Below, in pieces: positions 1-7,180 of a stretch of 18,549 bases of DNA. Origin of the DNA: Elainellaceae cyanobacterium (GTDB lineage: Bacteria; Cyanobacteriota; Cyanobacteriia; CAZCXK01); the NCBI GenBank assembly GCA_051117555.1, contig JBNPEG010000015.1:1-18549 (forward strand), given 5' to 3'. Both the position numbers and the translations under genes were made by a program. The notes beneath the pieces were generated by a model that searched no databases, was not told the origin of the DNA, and was given only the letters and a program-made list of their open reading frames with translations. Within the stretch, counting starts at the first letter, position 1; each line of letters begins with the position of its first letter.

Positions 1-2
1 CC

Positions 3-467
3 CACCTACTTATAACCACCCTCCGCAATCGAATAACCACTCTCCGCAATCGAATAACCAGCCTCGGGAATCGAATAACCACCTTTGGGAATCGAATAAC
101 CAGCCTCGGGAATCGAATAACCAGCCTCGGGAATCGAATAACCAGCCTTGGGAATCGAATAACCAGCCTTGGGAATCGAATAACCACCTTTGGGAATCGA
201 ATAACCACTCTCCGCAATCGAATAACCAGCCTCGGGAATCGAATAACCAGCCTTGGGAATCGAATAACCAGCCTTGGGAATCGAATAACCAGCCTTGGGA
301 ATCGAATAACCAGCCTTGGGAATCGAATAACCAGCCTTGGGAATCGAATAACCAGCCTTGGGAATCGAATAACCGACGTTGCGAATTTGATAAATGATAG
401 GGAAATTACTAGCCCACCAACCACTCGTTGTACGGGCATGGCATGTATGCGTTTAGCGCATGTGTAA
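3..467 (+). CDS. Possible 5'-truncated heptad-repeat (NRITSLG)n coiled-coil ORF; coding status uncertain
   Basis: Frame 3 is open from the window edge to TAA at 465-467. Units read NRIT[TSD][LFV][RGA], and several unit differences are synonymous in this frame. Confidence 0.3.
   Translation, partial: HLLITTLRNRITTLRNRITSLGNRITTFGNRITSLGNRITSLGNRITSLGNRITSLGNRITTFGNRITTLRNRITSLGNRITSLGNRITSLGNRITSLGNRITSLGNRITSLGNRITSLGNRITDVANLINDREITSPPTTRCTGMACMRLAHV
6..383. repeat. 21-bp tandem repeat array, 17 units (27-383) plus a degenerate unit at 6-26; consensus AATCGAATAACCAGCCTTGGG
   Basis: Invariant 12-mer AATCGAATAACC every 21 bp from 27 to 363. The 9-nt tails vary among ACTCTCCGC, AGCCTCGGG, ACCTTTGGG, AGCCTTGGG and GACGTTGCG. 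Confidence 0.97.
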
Positions 468-575
468 GATCCCCCGCTGTCGCTGCCCCTTGAAAAGGAG
501 GCTATTTACGGGTTGTTGAAGTCCCCCTTTTTAGGGATTTAGGGGGATCTGTAGGACGTTACGCTAAACACATAC
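445..575. mobile_element. 131-bp non-autonomous inverted-repeat element (MITE/REPIN-like), copy 1
   Basis: Terminal IRs GTATGCGTTTAGCG / CGCTAAACACATAC. Internal IR AGATCCCCC (467-475) / GGGGGATCT (542-550). Closely similar copy at 11198-11328. Confidence 0.8.
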
Positions 576-652
576 CTTTGGATAGACCGTTGATTTGGGA
601 CGTTGAATCTCGTTTGGGTCAAAATCCGCATCCTCCCATCATTGCCGTCTAC

Positions 653-1759
653 CTACATATCGCTCAATACCCGTCTAATCACATCTGGGCTCACCTGATC
701 GGTGACTGTTGCGACTCCGATGTGGGTAGGCAGCACAAAACGAACCTTACCGGCTTTGACTTTCTTATCGGTTTGTAGACTTGCCAGGATAGCCTCAATC
801 TCAGGTCCATCAGGCAGTTGAGTCGGGAGTTTTGTTTTATGAATGAGAGCCACCTGGCGATCGCACGCCTCTTGATCCCAGAGCCCAATTTCAACGGCAA
901 TCTGCCCAGCCGCCACCATGCCAATGGCAACCGCTTCACCATGATTCACTCGGCAATATCCGGTCAGGCTTTCGACGGCGTGCCCGATGGTGTGCCCATA
1001 GTTGAGAATGGCGCGCAGGCCGGCTTCTTTTTCGTCTTTGCTCACCACCTGAGCTTTAGCTTGGCACGAGCGGGTCAAAATAGTCTGGAGCAACGGATTA
1101 GAGATGTCGTGGAGCCGATCTAGTTGCGAGGCTGTTTCTAGCTGCTGGAAGAGAGTAGAGTCCCAAATGACGCCATATTTGATCACTTCTGCCATCCCAG
1201 CGCGAAACTCTCGCTCAGGCAAAGTTTGCAGCACGTCAGGGTCGATCAGGACGCAGCGAGGCTGATGGAATGCCCCGATCAAATTCTTGCCACGGGGATG
1301 GTTGACTCCTGTTTTGCCACCGATTGACGCATCGACCATTGCTAGAAGCGACGTTGGCACTTGCACAACGTGAATGCCTCTGAGCCAGGTTGCAGCGGCA
1401 AACCCTGCCATGTCGCCAATTACGCCTCCCCCAAGCGCCACCATCGTGGACGATCGCTCGAGGGGATGATCGAGAGCCGCATCATAGATCGTTTGAACCG
1501 ATGCCAATGTTTTATACTGCTCTCCATCCGGCAGGATGCATGAGCTGATATCAAATCCGGCGTGCTTGAGTGAGGCGATCGCCCGTTCACCATAGTGCTG
1601 AAACACTATTGAATTGGACACTACCAGCATTTTTTTGCCCAGATTAAGCGGCTTGCCCTCGACCGAGGTGAGCCTTTCACCTAGGCAATCTAGACCTCCA
1701 GCCTCAATTACAATCGGGTAGCCGTGCTGTGGCAGTTCCACTGGAATTACTGACGTCAT
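653..1759 (-). CDS. aroB: 3-dehydroquinate synthase
   Basis: 368 aa with [45 protein letters not shown] and HGEAV motifs. Confidence 0.97.
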   Translation of the reverse strand: MTSVIPVELPQHGYPIVIEAGGLDCLGERLTSVEGKPLNLGKKMLVVSNSIVFQHYGERAIASLKHAGFDISSCILPDGEQYKTLASVQTIYDAALDHPLERSSTMVALGGGVIGDMAGFAAATWLRGIHVVQVPTSLLAMVDASIGGKTGVNHPRGKNLIGAFHQPRCVLIDPDVLQTLPEREFRAGMAEVIKYGVIWDSTLFQQLETASQLDRLHDISNPLLQTILTRSCQAKAQVVSKDEKEAGLRAILNYGHTIGHAVESLTGYCRVNHGEAVAIGMVAAGQIAVEIGLWDQEACDRQVALIHKTKLPTQLPDGPEIEAILASLQTDKKVKAGKVRFVLPTHIGVATVTDQVSPDVIRRVLSDM

Positions 1760-1854
1760 GATCCCATCCCTAATACTCGTGGGCTGTATTCTACTCCAGG
1801 AAATGGTTCAATAGTTTAATAACCTATTAATGCATTGTACGGGAGACGACACCC

Positions 1855-1950
1855 ATGTCTGGAGCGATCGCCTACGTGGTCATGTTGAGTATCTTTATCG
1901 GACTTGCCCTCGGACTATTTTTTGGACTGCGAGCGGCAAAACTCATCTAG
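1855..1950 (+). CDS. petL: Cytochrome b6f complex subunit 6 (PetL), 31 aa
   Basis: ATG 1855 to TAG 1950 gives MSGAIAYVVMLSIFIGLALGLFFGLRAAKLI, a single TM helix with the PetL-type FGLRxxKxx tail. GGGAG RBS at 1841-1845. Divergent from aroB. Confidence 0.9.
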   Translation: MSGAIAYVVMLSIFIGLALGLFFGLRAAKLI

Positions 1951-2086
1951 GCTTTGCGTAAGAACCTTGAAAGGATTGGAAAACCTAAACTGTTTTGGCA
2001 GGGTCACCGATGTGCCCTGCCTTTTAGTAGGATTACAAGTTGTTACTGAATTGTGACTAGGACACGATGGCGGACGGTTCATACCC

Positions 2087-2130
2087 GTAGTGTGAGCCTC
2101 GCTCACGTAGCGGGCAAGATGCTCGCACTG
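2087..2130. repeat. REP-like palindromic element starting GTAG
   Basis: GTAGTGTGAGC...GCGGGCAAGATGCTCGCACTG. Arms AGTGTGAGC / GCTCGCACT are complementary with one G-U pair. Confidence 0.5.
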
Positions 2131-2579
2131 AAATGGTTGGCTTATTTTTGCCAACCAGTATTAGACAGTATTAGATAGCGTCACGACGTCTCTGGAACTT
2201 TAATGGCGACTTTATATTCTCTTCATTAGAATGCGGGGTTGTTCCAACGGACACGGGTGCCACTGATATCCAGCAGGAGTGAGTCGGAGACGCGACGACG
2301 ATCTACCCTCCGCTTGCCCCCATCCGATTGAACGCACAGAGGTGGCATCTATTGATTCGCTGGACTGAGCACGATGGGGAGTCTCGCTACAAAAATGATC
2401 GGGCGATCGCCTTACCATTGACTTGCAAATAATTCCAAACCTTTTGGAGAATCTTTACTATCCTGTGCTAAATTAGCGGCATATTTACGAAAACTTCGCA
2501 TTCAAAGCCAACGATTTTTTAATTCCGACACATTACCTTGATGAGCAGGATTTTGGCTAACGCCGGAGATATCGAGTGT

Positions 2580-2906
2580 ATGAACTTTACTAGGGCATCT
2601 TCCAATCCCATCGCTCCAGATTCAATTTTTAGCACGATCCCCCCAGAGCGTATTGGGCTAGATGGCACATATGATCACTATGGTCTTGCGCATCGGGTTG
2701 CATCAGCTCTCGAACAGCAGTTAGGAACTCAAGTCATCCAGAGACTCAAAATCACCCAAAGAGGCAGTGTGGTAGTGGTGGTGGGAGATCTGCCAACAAC
2801 GGGTTTACTGCCTCAGATTATCGGCGTCGCGATGAACATGGCAGGTACGACCGATGTTGAATTTAACGGAATCAGTATTGCCAGACCTCTAAAGCAAACG
2901 GTCTAA
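2580..2906 (+). CDS. BON-domain / phospholipid-binding protein, cyanobacterial type
   Basis: IPPERIGLDGTYDHYGLAHRVA...TQRGSVVVVVGDLP...GTTDVE pattern. ATG 2580 is preceded by GGAG at about 2565; the ORF track starts at 2538. Confidence 0.7.
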   Translation: MNFTRASSNPIAPDSIFSTIPPERIGLDGTYDHYGLAHRVASALEQQLGTQVIQRLKITQRGSVVVVVGDLPTTGLLPQIIGVAMNMAGTTDVEFNGISIARPLKQTV

Positions 2907-2931
2907 GCGAAGAATAGTCTAAAGACACGTA

Positions 2932-3033
2932 TAATGACACGCTGGATTCCCAATTGACTGTGTTCGTTGCGCTGAAACTAACGGCATCCTACGTAAACAA
3001 CACATTGAGTTCAGCACGCCAAGCGTGTCATTA
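2932..3033. terminator. Long imperfect hairpin between the convergent BON and ureidoglycolate lyase genes
   Basis: Perfect 12-bp IR TAATGACACGCT (2932-2943) / AGCGTGTCATTA (3022-3033), with inner TGTGTT / AACACA pairing. Confidence 0.4.
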
Positions 3034-3522
3034 AATAATCTCGAACTCTAGCCCATACTCGGCACGAAGATCGCAGGTGTCGTGATCGATGGTGTTTGTA
3101 TCGCTGAGTTCTAGATTATAAAAGTCTACAACGGGATGGTCGAAATAGGGCCCTGCATGCCACGTTCCTAAATTGAGCTTGATAAACCCATTGCCCGGAA
3201 CTTGAAATGCCTGGATTTGCTCCCAATTGGGTCGCGCCATCTCACCAGGCGGCGCGACAGCGATAAACCAAGATTTACCGTCTAGTGCACCTAAACACTG
3301 CGTGCATTGACGATGCCGAGTGATTTTGGAAAAAGTTCGCCCTCGATGATGCAGCCGCATGATATAAAAGCGGGGTGTTCCATTAGTTAAGCAGAGTTGG
3401 GCGTCGCTCGCATCATAGGGCTTACCGTCATCGGTTGCAACAATAAACTGCCCGTAAGGCTTAAACGCCTCAGAAGTAATCGGGTGAACAGGTAGCGATT
3501 GAACAGAACTAGATAAACTCAT
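3031..3522 (-). CDS. Ureidoglycolate lyase/hydrolase family protein (AllA-like cupin)
   Basis: 163 aa. ITSEAFKPYGQ start, ITRHxxCTQCLG and GTWHAGP cupin motifs. Downstream of the NCS2 permease. Confidence 0.85.
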   Translation of the reverse strand: MSLSSSVQSLPVHPITSEAFKPYGQFIVATDDGKPYDASDAQLCLTNGTPRFYIMRLHHRGRTFSKITRHRQCTQCLGALDGKSWFIAVAPPGEMARPNWEQIQAFQVPGNGFIKLNLGTWHAGPYFDHPVVDFYNLELSDTNTIDHDTCDLRAEYGLEFEII

Positions 3523-3564
3523 CAGTAGGTCGCCTCACTTAGGGCGTGTTAAAAAATAACCTCA

Positions 3565-3627
3565 TGGGGGTGCGGTACGCTGACGCGTTAGTGTAGCCAT
3601 GCCTAAAAGGCTATACAGCAACCCTAC
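3565..3627. repeat. Degenerate REP-like element with an inner hairpin
   Basis: Outer TGGGGGTGC / GCAACCCTAC. Inner GTGTAGCC (3591-3598) / GGCTATAC (3609-3616). Confidence 0.4.
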
Positions 3628-3648
3628 GGCTCAATCAAACCGTGAAGT

Positions 3649-3689
3649 TGCGTGCTGAGGCTGCGTGCTGAGGGCTGCGTGCTGAGGGC
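3649..3689. repeat. 3x 13-14 bp tandem repeat TGCGTGCTGAGG(G)C
   Basis: Read directly from the sequence. Confidence 0.9.
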
Positions 3690-3740
3690 CAACAACTCAC
3701 ACTTCAATGATGCTAACCGACCGACTCATGCGCTACAGCC

Positions 3741-5171
3741 CTAGGCGATCGCCCCAATTCCTTTTAAGGCAAAACGTAGCACAAATACAAACGCCAAAAT
3801 CCAAACGCCGAGGCTCACCTCATGCCATTTGCCCTGGAAGCTCTTGATCAGGGGGTAAGAGATAAACCCGATTGCCAACCCTTCAGCAATGGAATAGCTA
3901 AGCGGCATGATGATGATGGTTAGAAATGCCGGAATCGACTCAGCCGGATCGGCCCATTTGATGCCGACTACATTGCCTGCCATAAGTACACCGACAATCA
4001 CCAGTGCTGCTGCGGTCGCAAATCCAGGAATAGCGGCAAAAAGGGGGATGAAGAAAATTGACAGCACAAACAGACCGGCAACGACAACCGCAGTAAACCC
4101 CGATCGCCCTCCCTCGGCAACGCCTGATGCAGATTCGATGTAGGTTGTAACCGTCGAGGTGCCCATGATGGCTCCGGCAGTCGTTCCGACCGCGTCGGCC
4201 ATGAGCGCCTGCTTCGCTTTGGGAAGCTGACCTTGCTCGTTGATCATGTCTGCTTGCACCCCAATTCCTGCTAGGGTGCCAATCGTGTCAAACAAGTCAA
4301 CGAACAGAAAAACAAACACAACTGCAATCAAGTCATAGATATTATCCGTCGTGATTTGGCTGAGCCCCACAAAGGCTTGTCCTACCAAATCAACTGGAAG
4401 CTGAGGAATTTGAAAAATTCCGTCAGGAGGGGCAGCAATGCCTAAGATCCATGCTAGAACTGCGGTTGCCAAGATTCCCCATAGCAAGGCTCCTTTAATG
4501 CGTCGAGCCACAAACGCGGAGGTGATGATTAAACCAATGAGCGCCATTAGAGTTTGAGGCTGGGCAAATGACCCTAATGCGGTCTTGGTCGCTTCATCCG
4601 CAACAATGATACCTGCCCCTCCGGTTTCCGGGTTACCTGACAAACCGATGTAGGCAATGAACAGCCCAATACCAACGGCAGTCGCCCGCTTCATGCATTC
4701 TGGGATGGCTTCGATAATCTTTTCTCGCACGTTTGACAGGGTCAGCAGGATAAAGATAATGCCCTCGATTAGGACGGCGGCGAGTGCCAGCCGCCAGTCA
4801 ATGCCTAGCCCGATTACGACAGAGTACGTAAAAAAGGCATTTAACCCCATGCCGGGCGCAAGCGCAAAGGGATAGTTGGCGGTGAGCCCCATGAACAGGG
4901 TCGCGATCGCCCCTGAGATTGCGGTTGCAATGACTAATTCACCAAACAAATCGCCGGGTTCTTGTAAAAAGATGCCGTCTGACAAAATGCCAGGATTGAC
5001 AACCAAGATGTACGCCATCGTAAAAAAGGTTGTAATCCCAGCAATGGCCTCAGTCCGGAAATTGGTTCCCAGTTCGTTAAACCGAAAGAAACGCGCGATC
5101 GCTCCCTCTTGACGGGGAGGTTGAGGGTCAGGTGACACATCAGGTTCAAGTTCAGTCGGGTTCATGCTCAT
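3741..5171 (-). CDS. NCS2-family (AzgA/PbuG-like) purine nucleobase permease
   Basis: 476 aa polytopic membrane protein with AGITTFFTMAYILVVNP, LAPGMGLNAFF, DLFDTIGTL and TTYIESASGVAEGGRSG signatures. Confidence 0.93.
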   Translation of the reverse strand: MSMNPTELEPDVSPDPQPPRQEGAIARFFRFNELGTNFRTEAIAGITTFFTMAYILVVNPGILSDGIFLQEPGDLFGELVIATAISGAIATLFMGLTANYPFALAPGMGLNAFFTYSVVIGLGIDWRLALAAVLIEGIIFILLTLSNVREKIIEAIPECMKRATAVGIGLFIAYIGLSGNPETGGAGIIVADEATKTALGSFAQPQTLMALIGLIITSAFVARRIKGALLWGILATAVLAWILGIAAPPDGIFQIPQLPVDLVGQAFVGLSQITTDNIYDLIAVVFVFLFVDLFDTIGTLAGIGVQADMINEQGQLPKAKQALMADAVGTTAGAIMGTSTVTTYIESASGVAEGGRSGFTAVVVAGLFVLSIFFIPLFAAIPGFATAAALVIVGVLMAGNVVGIKWADPAESIPAFLTIIIMPLSYSIAEGLAIGFISYPLIKSFQGKWHEVSLGVWILAFVFVLRFALKGIGAIA

Positions 5172-5293
5172 AGACAGTGGATTAGCTTTTGATTCAAACT
5201 GCCAATCGACTTGATAGACGCGGTTGGAAGACCGTTTAGTGCATTTATTTAGTGCATTTATCTGAAAGACGTCAATAGGCAGATAACTCCTGA

Positions 5294-5334
5294 ATATTAC
5301 GGCAGATTAGGCTACTAAATGTGCGATAAGTTAC
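5294..5334 (-). promoter_or_regulatory. Putative NtcA-activated promoter for the permease/ureidoglycolate lyase unit
   Basis: Minus strand GTA-ACTTATCG-CAC (5334-5321), 21-nt spacer, then TAATAT (5299-5294). One mismatch to GTA-N8-TAC; spacing near the canonical ~22 nt. Confidence 0.55.
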
Positions 5335-5435
5335 AAATTTGAGCCGGGTTTTGAGGCTGTTTCTTAAAGGGTGATTGTCAAAGGGCGATCGCCTAAGAAA
5401 ATCCTCGAATCGCCTCATTCACAGCGCTTCGACTG

Positions 5436-5452
5436 GTTAAGACTGTTACAAT
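5436..5452 (+). promoter_or_regulatory. Extended -10 element (TGtTACAAT) overlapping a GT-N10-AC site upstream of the Urc1-like gene
   Basis: TG-T-TACAAT at 5444-5452 and GTT-AAGACTGT-TAC at 5436-5449. Confidence 0.35.
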
Positions 5453-5535
5453 GATTAGTTCAATCTCTTCCTTGCAGCATCGACTATCGTGTGTCGATCC
5501 ATGCAATGGGTTACGTATTGAATCTGGGAGCATCT

Positions 5536-6804
5536 ATGTCAGAATCAGATCCATCTATGGGTTCTCGGTCAAGGCACATCGTCCTCACCTCTCATCCGAC
5601 TCGGTTTGGTCCAAAACCCATTCCCATTCATTGGGGAGACGCCGACCCGATGAAGCGGGGGCCTATCATTGCCACATTGATGAATCCGAGCCATCGCAAT
5701 GTGATTGGGACGCATTCGGGAGCCTATGCCGTTTATCGTGCTTTAGCGGTTGCCAGCGGTGGCTTGCAGCGAAACCATCGCCCAGACCTGACCAATACTT
5801 CACCCGCCACTCAGATTGGCCCTCATCCAAGCTGGAGTGAGCCCGAGAAGATAGTTTCACTCGACCCTTTTGGTGCGCTTGTGGGCGAAGTCTACACGCC
5901 ATTTTATGAGCAGGGATATGACATTCGTCCGACGATCGCTATTACGACGGCTCATATCAACATGCCAGAGTTAAAAGACTCGGTAGCGAGTGGTCGAATC
6001 AACGTAGACGGCACAATCCTAAAATCAAACGGCGATCTGGTCGTGACCAAGGCTGCGATTGAGCCGGTCTGGTATTTACCGGGCATTGCAACGCGGCTAG
6101 GCGTAGATGAAGGAGAGCTGCGATACACCCTATTTGAGCAAACAGGAGGCATGTTCCCTGAGCTGGTCACTCGGCATGATTTACAGGTTTTCCTACCCCC
6201 CATCGGAGGCATCACCGTCTACATCGTCGGCGATCTAGCGGCTATTCACGATCCCAACCGTTCGGTAGCGGTTCGCGTTCACGATGAATGCAATGGCTCT
6301 GATGTATTTGGTTCTGATATTTGCACCTGTCGTCCCTATCTCGTTCATGGCGTTGAAGCCTGCATTCAAACGGCTCAAAACGGCGGTTTGGGCATTATTG
6401 TCTATTTCCGCAAAGAGGGTCGGGCTTTGGGCGAGGTTACAAAGTTCTTAGTCTACAATGCTCGTAAGCGTCAAGCTGGGGGCGATCGCGCGAATGCTTA
6501 TTTTACTCGTACCGAGTGTGTTGCAGGGGTTCAAGATGTTCGCTTTCAGGAGCTGATGCCTGACGTGCTTCATTGGCTCGGCATTACCCAAATCGACCGA
6601 TTGATTTCGATGAGCGATATGAAATACAACGCCATTGTCGGTTCTGGGATTCGAGTCGTGCAGCGAGTCCCGATTCCAGATGAGCTGATTCCCTCTGATG
6701 CGTGGGTTGAGATTGAGGCTAAAAAAGCTGCCGGATATTACACTGAGGGCGCAATCCCAGATGATTCGCTACTGGCTCAAATTGAAGGGCGATCTCTAGA
6801 ATAA
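5536..6804 (+). CDS. GTP cyclohydrolase II-family protein with N-terminal extension (Urc1/Urg1-like)
   Basis: N-terminal HIVLTSHP...IHWGDADP...RNVIGTHSGAYAVYRALAVA domain. C-terminal RVHDECNGSDVFGSDICTCRPYL Zn motif and KEGRALGEVTKFLVYNAR. ATG 5536 follows GGAG at 5527-5530; the ORF track starts at 5491. Confidence 0.88.
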   Translation: MSESDPSMGSRSRHIVLTSHPTRFGPKPIPIHWGDADPMKRGPIIATLMNPSHRNVIGTHSGAYAVYRALAVASGGLQRNHRPDLTNTSPATQIGPHPSWSEPEKIVSLDPFGALVGEVYTPFYEQGYDIRPTIAITTAHINMPELKDSVASGRINVDGTILKSNGDLVVTKAAIEPVWYLPGIATRLGVDEGELRYTLFEQTGGMFPELVTRHDLQVFLPPIGGITVYIVGDLAAIHDPNRSVAVRVHDECNGSDVFGSDICTCRPYLVHGVEACIQTAQNGGLGIIVYFRKEGRALGEVTKFLVYNARKRQAGGDRANAYFTRTECVAGVQDVRFQELMPDVLHWLGITQIDRLISMSDMKYNAIVGSGIRVVQRVPIPDELIPSDAWVEIEAKKAAGYYTEGAIPDDSLLAQIEGRSLE

Positions 6805-7180
6805 AGGCGATCGCCCACGTAACCTAAACTCACAAACTTCTCCGTAAATTGCCATAGCATCCGGATAGTCGTGGATAGGGTTTGCAAAATCTACATGGAA
6901 TTGCAAACCCAAGTCAGTAGTTCTCTGATTAGACACGCCTCTATTTGTGTACCTACACCCATGCGGGTGAAGTCGATGAACCAATTTTCATGCATGCTCA
7001 GTCTGTTGTAGTCTGTTGCATCTGATTACTATGCCTCAATTCTCCTGGATTTTTCTATATAAAGCCTTCGGTAAACCCAGGATTGCTATATGATTGCCAA
7101 GTCTATAGGTCAACCAGTATCCTTCACTAGGCTGTTTGGTCACCATCGTTAAGTTTAACTGGACTGCTAAGACATACACT

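Noticed and set aside
6..383. CRISPR array
   Set aside because: Period is only 21 bp, the 9-nt variable parts are related and recur, and no cas genes or unique spacers are present.
578..1543. Short ORFs overlapping aroB (578..778, 691..942, 818..1123, 1361..1543)
   Set aside because: Shadow or alternate frames of a well-supported gene, with no recognisable motifs.
1915..2418. ORFs 1915..2154 and 2212..2418 (minus)
   Set aside because: No motifs. The first overlaps petL and a REP-like repeat. No convincing + strand ORF or RNA was found here either.
5172..5290. Purine riboswitch upstream of the NCS2 permease
   Set aside because: No recognisable purine aptamer core or three-stem junction by eye.
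5491..6804. Calling the gene ribA, and the GTG 5491 start
   Set aside because: The large N-terminal domain and the HDECNGSD motif indicate the Urc1/Urg1 subfamily. ATG 5536 has the RBS.
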